In this document: piece after piece, positions 15,052 to 23,913 of the stretch
How positions within the stretch are numbered: position 1 is the stretch's first letter
Layout of the letters: each line of letters starts with the position of its first letter
IMG/VR virus record: IMGVR_UViG_3300025669_002431
From: a virus
Direction: 5' to 3' (one strand)
DNA length: 64,000 nt
Position numbers and translations under genes: made by a program
Notes under the pieces: generated by a model
Seen by the model: the letters and a program-made list of their open reading frames with translations, nothing else
Databases searched by the model: none
Told to the model about the DNA's origin: nothing

Positions 15052-16743
15052 TTATTTGGATTTAATATGTTCATCTACATACTCTGCGATTCTTTGATTG
15101 ATTGAAGAATAGGTAGATATTGTGATTGCCATATTTCGTTCAGATCCTGCCTCTTTTAATGATCTAAGCAAATACTTTTTAATTATAGGTGCCAATTTTG
15201 GAATATGTATATTTAATATTTCATCAAATGGACATATTAAATCAAAAGATTTTTCTTCTTGTTTTATAAAATGTCTCATTCCAAATAATATTGGAAACCA
15301 TATGGGTTTTTTATTATAAGGTAGAGAATCTCTACTAACATCTATGTTTTTCTTTAAATATATGCTTAAAAATGTTAAAGGTTTTACATACTCTTTTGGA
15401 ATCTTTATCTTTTTAGAGGCTGAATCATATTTGATTGATTTGACATATGATAATAGTTTTATTTTATTACCATCAGAATATTTATCATCATTAAAATCTA
15501 ATTCTATATTAAATTTATCTATAATTAGAAGTATAAATGGTGATAACGGATACACTTTAGATTTATATTGTTCATCTAGATTTTTTATTACCTCTGAAGA
15601 TAATCCATAATATTGAATTACTCGATCATATGTACCATCCTCGTTATATATATCTTTTGGGAAAAATTTATTGTCTATATTTAGCAGCATAGAATATTTT
15701 AATAATGTTAAATCTACAATTATACCTGGATCATTTTCAGTCCATCCTATAAATGATTTAAAACTTTGTCCATTATCTGAATATTTATCCAACTCAGATT
15801 TTAATTCAACATAATTACCTTTAGAATTTTCTATAGATCTAATTTTTAATGAAACAGAATCATTAAGACATCTAACCATCTCACTTATTTGATGTTCATT
15901 ATTAGATATATTTATCGTTAATTTAACAGAATTTGTATTAAATGGATCAAATACGCCTTTATTTGTATTTTTATCATCTATAACTCTGTCGTATAATTTT
16001 CCAGATGTGTTTCTACCATCCCCTATTCCTTGTGGTAATCCTTTTTCTTCAATTATTTTGCCGAATTCATCAAATACTCCTGGTTGAAAATATACATTGA
16101 ATTCATTTTTATTTACTTTAAATATATATCGCGCAAAAACTTCTATACCCTTATTTTTATTATAAAAATCATTTTTAATTTGATCCTCTAATTCATTTTT
16201 CGCGCTAAGATCTATAATATTGCATATTTTTGATGTTAAATCTTGTGTTCTTGGATTGGCATCTCTCATTAGTTGTTTATAATTATTAAAAGATGTACAA
16301 TTATTTATAGGTAAGTGTGTAGGAAAATCTTTTAATGATATTTCAAATATATTTTTATACATTCCATTAATTATATGTGAAATAAGTTTATTTCCTATAA
16401 TCCGCATACATAATGGTTTAACTCCATTGAATGGGATACATTTAAATCCTGCCATTTCTTCTTCACTTACTACATATATTTCATCTGATCCAATTTCTTT
16501 ACATTTGCCTTTATGAAGTCTATAGTTTCCTTGTACTTCTTTCTCTATATCTTCTGGTTTCTTAGTAGTATTATAATCAATATGATGGATTTCATAAAAT
16601 TCACGTTTTTTCGTTGATGTTAAATTTTTAATCCTCTCTTCTAGATTAGTAGTATATCCTATTTTTACATAATATTTATCATTTTTTGGATCATCTACAC
16701 CTTTAATTTCAAGCATATAAACACAAAATTTATTTTGGTTCAT
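15052..16743 (-). CDS. GIY-YIG (T5orf172-type) domain protein
   Basis: N-terminus FCVYMLEIKG...YYVKIGYTTNLEERIKNL matches the T5orf172 GIY-YIG-like domain. The remaining 450 aa have no recognisable motif. Confidence 0.55.
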   Translation of the reverse strand: MNQNKFCVYMLEIKGVDDPKNDKYYVKIGYTTNLEERIKNLTSTKKREFYEIHHIDYNTTKKPEDIEKEVQGNYRLHKGKCKEIGSDEIYVVSEEEMAGFKCIPFNGVKPLCMRIIGNKLISHIINGMYKNIFEISLKDFPTHLPINNCTSFNNYKQLMRDANPRTQDLTSKICNIIDLSAKNELEDQIKNDFYNKNKGIEVFARYIFKVNKNEFNVYFQPGVFDEFGKIIEEKGLPQGIGDGRNTSGKLYDRVIDDKNTNKGVFDPFNTNSVKLTINISNNEHQISEMVRCLNDSVSLKIRSIENSKGNYVELKSELDKYSDNGQSFKSFIGWTENDPGIIVDLTLLKYSMLLNIDNKFFPKDIYNEDGTYDRVIQYYGLSSEVIKNLDEQYKSKVYPLSPFILLIIDKFNIELDFNDDKYSDGNKIKLLSYVKSIKYDSASKKIKIPKEYVKPLTFLSIYLKKNIDVSRDSLPYNKKPIWFPILFGMRHFIKQEEKSFDLICPFDEILNIHIPKLAPIIKKYLLRSLKEAGSERNMAITISTYSSINQRIAEYVDEHIKSK

Positions 16744-16936
16744 TAAACTCCTTTTCTTTTCTAATTAATGGAATCTCTTTACCTTCTGACATTTCCTGCA
16801 AGTCTGCTTGTTCTTGGAAAAATTCGCATACTTTTCGTTCACTTGCATTATGACCCCTAAATAAGTTCATTTTTCTCATTGCATCTATTGCTTCTTGCCA
16901 ACTTTTATGCATTTAAATATCTTCCTTTATATTATA

Positions 16937-17013
16937 TGGTGGGCCTGGAAGGGCTCGAACCTTCGACTTCCACCGTGTAAAGATGGCACTCTAGCCAGCT
17001 GAGTTACAGGCCC
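16937..17013 (-). tRNA. tRNA-Val (anticodon TAC)
   Basis: Acceptor GGGCCTG, anticodon arm CCATC-TTTACAC-GGTGG, T-arm GAAGG-TTCGAGC-CCTTC, ACCA. Confidence 0.75.
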
Positions 17014-17021
17014 ACATGATA

Positions 17022-17438
17022 TTATCTCCTAGAGGTCGCTTTTCTTTTCGCTACCGCCCTCTTCTTTGGAGCACGCTTTCGTATAGTAGTTGTAGTTTTC
17101 TTTTTAGCTGCTACCTTCTTTGGGGATGCCTTCTTTTTGGCAGGTTTTATTTTCATCTTGGCAACTACTTTTCTCTTAGTAGGTTTTTTATACTTTATTA
17201 AATATCCAGTAGTACCTATACTCCAACCTAGAGCAATATAAAAATCTTTTTTAGATCTTATTACAGCATTAATAATTGACCGCATCTTTCCTAATGGAAT
17301 TTTCGCATTATAACTATAGTAATATATATTTGATATCTTATTCTTTTCAACAAACAATTCAAAATTACATATTGTTCTAGTGGTTTTTCCAGATGGGCTT
17401 AGACTATTTACTATAAAATTAGAGTGTTTCTTAGTCAT
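17022..17438 (-). CDS. Lys/Ala-rich histone-H1-like DNA-binding protein (putative)
   Basis: C-terminal 55 aa are KKPTKRKVVAKMKIKPAKKKASPKKVAAKKK...RKATSRR, an H1/Hc1-like basic tail. Confidence 0.35.
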   Translation of the reverse strand: MTKKHSNFIVNSLSPSGKTTRTICNFELFVEKNKISNIYYYSYNAKIPLGKMRSIINAVIRSKKDFYIALGWSIGTTGYLIKYKKPTKRKVVAKMKIKPAKKKASPKKVAAKKKTTTTIRKRAPKKRAVAKRKATSRR

Positions 17439-17485
17439 CCTCTCTCTTGCATAATAATATCCCTTTCTCTCTTTAAATGTATATT

Positions 17486-17863
17486 CTACTCCACTTTCAT
17501 CAACACATCTATTGGTAACTTTCTATACGCTCGAATAAATCTCTTTTCTACATCTTTAAATATTTCACTTACAGCATCTATAATAATTTCATAATGTTTC
17601 CAATTATTTACCCGTATATCGAGGTGCGCAAGAGCAATTATTCCCGCTTTCTTTTTGCAATGAAATCGTAAATCACATTTTAGTTTTATTGGTATTTCTC
17701 TTGTTTGGCCAGTTTTACAGGCTCTAATTACATATCGAACTGTATCTCTATGATCCATCCCACTATATGGTTTATGAATAGTATATGTATACGTTGGAGC
17801 ATTTATTACAATATTTTCATTAGAACGTACTTTAATCATAGGGTGTCTATTTGTATCACTCAT
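17486..17863 (-). CDS. hypothetical protein
   Basis: 125-aa minus-strand ORF. Confidence 0.35.
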   Translation of the reverse strand: MSDTNRHPMIKVRSNENIVINAPTYTYTIHKPYSGMDHRDTVRYVIRACKTGQTREIPIKLKCDLRFHCKKKAGIIALAHLDIRVNNWKHYEIIIDAVSEIFKDVEKRFIRAYRKLPIDVLMKVE

Positions 17864-18564
17864 TCAGGAATCCAATTTTTGTCTTTCGCCTCACACTGTT
17901 CCCGAACTCTAGAAGTTGCAGATTTAGCTAGTGCGGCAGCGTGATACAATGATATTAGTTTACTACATTGTACAGAGTGTATATTTACTGTCTTCTCATT
18001 TCTCATTACATCATGAAAACAATTAAATATTTGCATAGCTCCAGGTGTAGTACTATTATATTGATCGCAAATACTCTCCACATTATATACTCCCATAGAA
18101 GGGTCTGTAAACATACTATCATCTTTTTTTCGTGTTATAAATAAATCACTATATTTCTTTACTGGTATAGTACAATAGAAGTCGGGATAATATAATCCAC
18201 CTGTAACTAATGGATATTGAAATTCAAAGTTCATGTCACTATCAAATGGAACATCTTCTAAAAGTATTCTATCTTTTCTAGCTTCCGCATCTAATACTGA
18301 GATTGATTTATTTATAAAAAGTCTAATCATATTCCATTCAGTCCAACTTGAACCCGACCAGCGAATTCCAAAATTTAATAACTTTCCTTTTGGATCTAAT
18401 GAAATTTGTAGATATCTGTGTTCTCTGGGCTTTGTAAAATTGCTCGAAGGTATTGAGAAATTAAATTTTTCGGACATACCTTTAGTACTCCTCAATAATG
18501 ATAATTTAAACCACTTAGATCCGTCTTCTATTTTTGCATCATGTATCTCTACTACGTGTCCCAT
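17860..18564 (-). CDS. hypothetical protein
   Basis: 234-aa minus-strand ORF overlapping its neighbour's stop by 4 nt. Confidence 0.4.
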   Translation of the reverse strand: MGHVVEIHDAKIEDGSKWFKLSLLRSTKGMSEKFNFSIPSSNFTKPREHRYLQISLDPKGKLLNFGIRWSGSSWTEWNMIRLFINKSISVLDAEARKDRILLEDVPFDSDMNFEFQYPLVTGGLYYPDFYCTIPVKKYSDLFITRKKDDSMFTDPSMGVYNVESICDQYNSTTPGAMQIFNCFHDVMRNEKTVNIHSVQCSKLISLYHAAALAKSATSRVREQCEAKDKNWIPE

Positions 18565-18571
18565 CGTGATT

Positions 18572-18997
18572 CTATACCTTACGTAATGTTAATTCTTCCT
18601 CAACAACTAGTTCGTCTTCACTTGCACTCAATGCTAATTGATAATCAGTCATACCTTCTTTATCATCTAGTTCAACTTCACTATCAGTCATATCAATTAC
18701 ACCAGATGATTCTCTTTTCTTTCTTGCAATATATGTAGCTACTACATCTTTATATTCTGGTCTAACGCATACATTTGTCTCCATATATCTATCCAATCCT
18801 AGAATTAATTCGTCCATAAATAGAAGTAATCTTTCAAATTCACAGTCTTGTACTGGATACTGGAAATCATACATAGTTAAATATCCATTTTCGTCTAATA
18901 AAAATTCAATTTCAAAATCTTCATTTACTGCTTTCACATAAAGATCATCATCGGCCATACCGATCAACTCAGATGTAAATTCAATTCCCACTTTCAT
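18572..18997 (-). CDS. hypothetical acidic protein
   Basis: 141-aa ORF, strongly acidic. Confidence 0.35.
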   Translation of the reverse strand: MKVGIEFTSELIGMADDDLYVKAVNEDFEIEFLLDENGYLTMYDFQYPVQDCEFERLLLFMDELILGLDRYMETNVCVRPEYKDVVATYIARKKRESSGVIDMTDSEVELDDKEGMTDYQLALSASEDELVVEEELTLRKV

Positions 18998-19122
18998 TCT
19001 CCTCGGTTTTATTTAACACACATTCTACTGCTAGCTTAAACGCTATCAATTGATCTGTACTTGGTACGTCTGGGATTTCCGCACCAAGAATCTCCAATGT
19101 ATCTTGAATAGATAATGTCATA

Positions 19123-19476
19123 TTATAACCTCTTTAATTCTTGATTCTTTTTATTACGAAAGGTATTTACTAATTCTTTAAGATACTGCATGCTTCTCCA
19201 CGCCGATCTACATGCAAATGGATCCATCTCAAAATCATCATAGCAATCTTCTGTTTGCCTTCTACCAAATTTTATTTTACGATGAAGTTCTACTTTGGCA
19301 CGGACATACTCATTCAATGCTGATTCAAATCCAGTTCCAAAAGTTAATTCCCCTCTCTGTACTTTTTTTCTCATAAGATGAAACACTTCTTCAAATACTG
19401 CAGTATGTACGTCATCACTATCTCGTATTAGCTCCCTCTCCACTCTATCTCGTATATGACAGCATACATCATTCAT
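19123..19476 (-). CDS. hypothetical protein
   Basis: Probable start MNDVCCHIRD. The ORF-track N-terminus overlaps the next gene out of frame. Confidence 0.3.
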   Translation of the reverse strand: MNDVCCHIRDRVERELIRDSDDVHTAVFEEVFHLMRKKVQRGELTFGTGFESALNEYVRAKVELHRKIKFGRRQTEDCYDDFEMDPFACRSAWRSMQYLKELVNTFRNKKNQELKRL

Positions 19477-19477
19477 G

Positions 19478-19855
19478 TTATTGCTTTGTAGCTTTTTCGA
19501 GTTTCTCGTAAGCGTCCATTGTCTTCTCGGCTGCGGCTTTGTTGATAAGATCTCTGAGTTTGGAAACGCGTTCTCTATTCTTCTTCCGTTTCGCGTTTTT
19601 CTTCTCTGAGTAGGCGTTGGAAACATCTGCACCGCCACTGTCGAATGTTTTCACGTCTGGACTTCTCAACTTGGTTTCGAATTCGGCATCCAAACCAAGT
19701 ACCAATCGATAACCATCCGTCATTATTTGAATTCGTCTTGCTTTTTCTTTTTCAACTTCAAGTAATACAACTGATGCAATAATGTCTTGTGATCCAATTT
19801 CTGCGGCAACTCTTTCTTTGAGTGTGTCTACGACTTCGACTACTGGCTCTGGCAT
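19478..19855 (-). CDS. hypothetical protein
   Basis: 125-aa ORF over a moderately GC-elevated stretch. Confidence 0.35.
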   Translation of the reverse strand: MPEPVVEVVDTLKERVAAEIGSQDIIASVVLLEVEKEKARRIQIMTDGYRLVLGLDAEFETKLRSPDVKTFDSGGADVSNAYSEKKNAKRKKNRERVSKLRDLINKAAAEKTMDAYEKLEKATKQ

Positions 19856-19947
19856 GGTTATACCCTTTCTTTGTTCGTTGTTTTTGAGGACAAACTATAA
19901 ACTGGTAGGCACGCTTGTCCTGCACTACGCCCTTGGAGATAAAATTA

Positions 19948-20516
19948 TGAAAAATCTTAATGAAAATGAACTTAGAGATCTATATTTAAATAAAGAATTA
20001 AATCCGTATGAGATAGGAAAATTGTTAGAATGTGATCATAAAACAATTAGGAAATACTTAAAAGTATATAATATTCCTATGAGGTCTGCATCAGAATATA
20101 ATTATATCCCTCGTAGATCACACACTAATCCTATTAAGGGGGAATATATGATACCATCGTCTATAGCTGCTCATGTTGCATATTTATGTGAGGGTTGGCA
20201 TACTGAGAAAACTGATATGTTACAGTTTTGTAACACAGATCCAAATTTGATAGATTTATTTACTAATTGTTTAACCAATGTATATAAAGTCAATAAATAT
20301 AGACTAGTAATAATGTCTAATTCTAAAGAGGAATGTGATCATCTTTTAAAATTATATCCAAATGCTTCTCAGTATATAGAAGCCGGTCGAAAAACTCCTT
20401 TAGTTAGAGTTATTTGTGGTGGAAAAACTATAGCTAGAGATTTTATAAAAAATGCATACTCTATATTAGAAATGGTAGGCGGGGAGGGAGTCGAACCCTC
20501 AGACACCAGATTCTAA
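19948..20516 (+). CDS. HTH-containing protein, possible free-standing homing endonuclease
   Basis: The only convincing plus-strand gene. RBS GGAGATAAAATT-ATG. N-terminal HTH (NUMOD1/sigma-r4-like: ELRDLYLNKELNPYEIGKLLECDHKTIRKYL). The 3' end runs into the tRNA at 20473. Confidence 0.4.
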
Positions 20517-20549
20517 ATCTAGCCGCTTTGCCAGTTTGCGCACCCGCCC
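20473..20549 (-). tRNA. type-I tRNA with anticodon TAG (Leu anticodon but short 5-nt variable loop)
   Basis: Acceptor GGGCGGG/CCCGCCT (G1:U72), anticodon arm CTAGA-TTTAGAA-TCTGG, T-arm GAGGG-TTCGACT-CCCTC, ACCA. No long variable arm. Confidence 0.55.
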
Positions 20550-20560
20550 ATATTTAAAAA

Positions 20561-20654
20561 TGGCGGAGGAGATAGGATTCGAACCTATGGAGGACGTCTT
20601 TCAGCCCCCAACGGTTTAGCAAACCGTCGCAATAATCCACTCTGCCACTCCTCC
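20561..20654 (-). tRNA. tRNA-Ser (anticodon GCT), long variable arm
   Basis: Acceptor GGAGGAG, anticodon arm ACGGT-TTGCTAA-ACCGT, 21-nt variable arm, T-arm ATAGG-TTCGAAT-CCTAT, GCCA. Confidence 0.65.
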
Positions 20655-20660
20655 GATCAA

Positions 20661-20942
20661 TCAACCGTCTATAATATCAAACCATTTATTCATTATACCT
20701 TTAATCCATGTTAATTCGTAATTATAATTCACAAACACCAAAATTCCAAATACAGTTAATACGCATCCTACAACAATAAGCATCCATGGACAGGTTATAA
20801 TAGTCATAATTATTCCACAAACTACTCCCAATACCATTAATCCCCCAATAAGTAAAAACAAGAATAATTTGACTAAAAATTCAAATGATTCTCTAGTAGC
20901 AGTGTCTAACTTATCCCTATCGATCTCAATTTTCATAACCAC
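20661..20942 (-). CDS. small membrane protein (2 TM)
   Basis: Two hydrophobic helices (LFLLIGGLMVLGVVCGIIM..., WMLIVVGCVLTVFGILVF). Confidence 0.4.
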   Translation of the reverse strand: MVMKIEIDRDKLDTATRESFEFLVKLFLFLLIGGLMVLGVVCGIIMTIITCPWMLIVVGCVLTVFGILVFVNYNYELTWIKGIMNKWFDIIDG

Positions 20943-21223
20943 TTCCTTAATCTGTCAGGATCTATAACATTAAAACTAAGGAGTATAAATACTATAAACA
21001 TGACCCCCATTAATCCAAGTAGTACCCAAATCATCCAAGGAGCAGTCATATACATCATGTAAAAACAAAGACCGATGACAGTTAAAGTCATTCCCGCGAG
21101 GGCGGCTACTGTTATTACGAATGTCATCCCACCAAATACTAACAAACATGATAGTCCAAGATTATTAAGTACTTTTGATAAGTCAAATTCTATTGTGTAT
21201 TTTCCATCTTTCCCTTCAGCCAT
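20933..21223 (-). CDS. small membrane protein (2-3 TM)
   Basis: Hydrophobic helices. Adjacent and similar in architecture to 20661..20942. Confidence 0.4.
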   Translation of the reverse strand: MAEGKDGKYTIEFDLSKVLNNLGLSCLLVFGGMTFVITVAALAGMTLTVIGLCFYMMYMTAPWMIWVLLGLMGVMFIVFILLSFNVIDPDRLRKWL

Positions 21224-21251
21224 GGCGATCTCCTTTTCTTTGGCCTATGAT

Positions 21252-21431
21252 TTAATCATAGAATTCAGAAAATAACGAGAAATTTTCTTTACTTGCCCCA
21301 CACTCAGGACACACCCAATCACACGGGAGATCATGGTAGTCTGTTCCGGGGGCTATAGCTTCTGCTGGATCCCCTTCACTTGGAGAATATTCCTGTCCAC
21401 ATAATTCGCAGAAGTAGGAATTACCACTCAT
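21252..21431 (-). CDS. rubredoxin (59 aa)
   Basis: Not in the ORF track (below 60 aa). MSGNSYFCELCGQEY...PGTDYHDLPCDWVCPECGASKENF has both CxxCG and CPxCG knuckles. Confidence 0.7.
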   Translation of the reverse strand: MSGNSYFCELCGQEYSPSEGDPAEAIAPGTDYHDLPCDWVCPECGASKENFSLFSEFYD

Positions 21432-21446
21432 TCTTTTTCTCCTTCA

Positions 21447-21944
21447 TTAGAATGCTTTCGCGAACTTGATACTCGCTATCCAATTTCTAGTTTCTTTTCT
21501 TAGAGCAAGAGATGCATTTCTAGGGCCACGTTTGATGTCTATTCCAACAGCCTCAACAAGTAGAGCATCTCTATTTACCACTTTTACCAATTCTTCCAAT
21601 GTATCTGCAGATACTATTATTATATTTTTAGTATGTGGTTTAGACTTATCTACAGCTGCTCTTCTCTGATGTGGAAGCATTGTCTGATATGTTATAAAGC
21701 TTGCCCAAGCATGAGGTTCTTTTCCTATATCTTGTTTAAGTGTAGCAACCCCATCAGTAGCAGATATTAAACATACTTCTACATTATCTACTACTAAAGA
21801 ATCACATACAGTATTAGTATCTTTTATAAGTTGCATCAAACTATGGTGAATTATAATTCTAAGATTTAAAGTAATCGGTGAAGATGATTCTACTGTAGTA
21901 TGTTTTGTAGGAGAGGGGGTCTCTTTCTTTTTCCAGAAAGGCAT
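21447..21944 (-). CDS. hypothetical protein
   Basis: 165-aa minus-strand ORF. Confidence 0.4.
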   Translation of the reverse strand: MPFWKKKETPSPTKHTTVESSSPITLNLRIIIHHSLMQLIKDTNTVCDSLVVDNVEVCLISATDGVATLKQDIGKEPHAWASFITYQTMLPHQRRAAVDKSKPHTKNIIIVSADTLEELVKVVNRDALLVEAVGIDIKRGPRNASLALRKETRNWIASIKFAKAF

Positions 21945-21946
21945 TA

Positions 21947-22210
21947 CTATTCCTCGCTAGGTTCTTTCTTGTCTTCACTCGTGTCGCAAATTGGAAACCA
22001 ATATTTTCTTGGAACAAATAAATATAAGATTACTCCTGGTGCAATTATACTCAATCCTGCGCCAATTATTACTAGAAATGCCATTGGTTCTGAAATCAAT
22101 AACACCAATAGAAGTACTATAACTGCTATACATACTGTAAGCAACATGCCTGAAAGAAATGCTTCAGACGCGCGCAAGCCATCAAGTTCAATCGAGATCT
22201 TTTTTCCCAT
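21947..22210 (-). CDS. small membrane protein
   Basis: Start MGKKISIELDGL. Two TM helices. The ORF-track N-terminus runs through tRNA-Ser and is not credible. Confidence 0.35.
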   Translation of the reverse strand: MGKKISIELDGLRASEAFLSGMLLTVCIAVIVLLLVLLISEPMAFLVIIGAGLSIIAPGVILYLFVPRKYWFPICDTSEDKKEPSEE

Positions 22211-22239
22211 AAGGGTTCTTTCCTTTCGTGTGCGGGTTA

Positions 22240-22323
22240 TGGCGGAGGAGGCAGGACTCGAACCTGCAAGACCGAAGTCGCACGCTTTCCAGGCGTGTGC
22301 GTTACCAATTACGCTACTCCTCC
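22240..22323 (-). tRNA. tRNA-Ser (anticodon GGA), long variable arm
   Basis: Acceptor GGAGGAG (same as the other tRNA-Ser), anticodon arm CACGC-CTGGAAA-GCGTG, variable hairpin GAC-TTCG-GTC, T-arm GCAGG-TTCGAGT-CCTGC, GCCA. Confidence 0.75.
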
Positions 22324-22348
22324 ACATAGAGGTCATTCAATGACCTAA

Positions 22349-22756
22349 TTATAAATATTTCAAATCAGGTTTACGTATAACCCCTTCTGCGCGGGGATCA
22401 AATTTTTCACCTATAGAAGCTTTTTGATATATAGGCCCCCACTTCCGCGTTGCCCTTTCAAGATATTCAAGTACTAAACAGGTCTCACATGTACACGCCA
22501 TATTTGTACAATCTCCCACATGTTTAAAATTATACCAAGGACTTGTAGGTTCTTTAATAGCTTCGTTTACGATTCGCATAAACATCTCTCTAGCTTCTTC
22601 ATACGTACTATAATCAGCATAAGGATTATTGTGTGATTGCATACACAACTTTTGCCCTGCTACTTCATCTATCCAGAAGACTACAGCTGCTAATTCTACT
22701 AGATTTGGTATACTAAAATCTATCTCTAAATTTTCATCCTTGAATTTACATTCCAT
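22349..22756 (-). CDS. hypothetical protein
   Basis: 135-aa ORF, Cys-containing (CTNMACTCETC). Confidence 0.35.
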   Translation of the reverse strand: MECKFKDENLEIDFSIPNLVELAAVVFWIDEVAGQKLCMQSHNNPYADYSTYEEAREMFMRIVNEAIKEPTSPWYNFKHVGDCTNMACTCETCLVLEYLERATRKWGPIYQKASIGEKFDPRAEGVIRKPDLKYL

Positions 22757-22940
22757 GATCTATAAGTATATTTATATCATCCGCAGATTCTCTAAAAAGC
22801 GGAGTTCTTTTAGTTTTATCATAACTTTTATCTTCTTCTCTTGTAAACTGCCAGAAGGTTTCTAGTAGTGTAACATCCCCTTGCGTTTCTGCAACAAATA
22901 TAGTAGCAAAAGCATTTCTTTCTATTCTCATAATATTTTC

Positions 22941-23252
22941 CTAAGTTGTAACTAAGACTTCTTCTTTCTTATCTTCATCTGCTATAGGAGCAAATGCTTC
23001 TGCACCATGTGCAAAATATTTGACTAGGTTCTCAGCTGTTTGAGGAATTGTGAAATATTTTCCTTTTGGTAAAAATACCTTACATGTGGGTCTACCTTTA
23101 TCCATGCCATTGTCTACTATGTTCTCAATATGTAAAATATTTATTACTACTATTTTTCCATTAATATCTGTGAGAGTTATTAGAAATCGTTTAATTGAAT
23201 TATCTATTACATCTTGAAAAAGCCTAAATGCTTCCTGTTGTGTCAATGACAA
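22941..23252 (-). CDS. hypothetical protein
   Basis: 103-aa minus-strand ORF. Confidence 0.3.
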   Translation of the reverse strand: MSLTQQEAFRLFQDVIDNSIKRFLITLTDINGKIVVINILHIENIVDNGMDKGRPTCKVFLPKGKYFTIPQTAENLVKYFAHGAEAFAPIADEDKKEEVLVTT

Positions 23253-23913
23253 CTTTCTTCTCCTTCTTTGCTATGTTTGTAGGTTTCCATTTTTTTGACC
23301 AATGAATATCAGTTTGTACATGATTTTCTCTGACGAACTTTCCAATATTCAATTGAAATTCTGAGAATGGAAATGCTGAATAAGACCTCACAACTACTCC
23401 TTCTTTCGGTCCTCCGAACATAGAAGGGTATTTCATCTGTTCTAATATAAGTCCCTTTAATTGGTTCTCATCTTTTACGAATCCCTCATATAATACCGGA
23501 GGAGTAGGAACATTCAACATTGTAGCATAATTGGATATTACATCCCAGCTTAAAAATACATTATTTTCTACTACAGATAACAAGAATAAGAAGTGAGGTA
23601 AAGACGTATATTCTATACTATGAATTGCATACATATTTTCAAAGTAAAACCATAAATTACTATAATCTCCTTCACATCCAAATGTTTTACCAGCCCAATT
23701 TTTTACTATGTTGAATGATGGATGAGTTGCTTTTCCACCGCGAGATCTAGCATACACTTCGCAGTCCACTATCCCTGTATTAGATCCATCCATCTTTTCT
23801 GTAATTATTATTTTTCTTCCAATAAATGGAGCAGATGATACTAGTTTCCTATTTGGATTTCCAGGAGAAAATGGTAGCCTCAACGTCCTAGGATATTTGT
23901 CTATGTTAATCAT
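23224..23913 (-). CDS. ATP-dependent RNA ligase (RNA_ligase/Rnl5-DRB0094-like nucleotidyltransferase)
   Basis: Motif I ITEKMDGSN (KxDG), motif IV KEGVVVRS, motif V KFVREN. Size and spacing fit minimal RNA ligases. Confidence 0.6.
   Translation of the reverse strand: MINIDKYPRTLRLPFSPGNPNRKLVSSAPFIGRKIIITEKMDGSNTGIVDCEVYARSRGGKATHPSFNIVKNWAGKTFGCEGDYSNLWFYFENMYAIHSIEYTSLPHFLFLLSVVENNVFLSWDVISNYATMLNVPTPPVLYEGFVKDENQLKGLILEQMKYPSMFGGPKEGVVVRSYSAFPFSEFQLNIGKFVRENHVQTDIHWSKKWKPTNIAKKEKKVVIDTTGSI

Noticed and set aside
19123-19638. 160-nt out-of-frame overlap of ORFs 19123..19638 and 19478..19855
   Set aside because: An internal Met (MNDVCC, about 19476) gives two abutting genes. The extended N-terminus of the downstream ORF is likely spurious.
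20473-20549. Considered calling the UAG-anticodon tRNA a conventional tRNA-Leu
   Set aside because: The variable region is only 5 nt (type I), incompatible with bacterial tRNA-Leu architecture. The isotype is left open.
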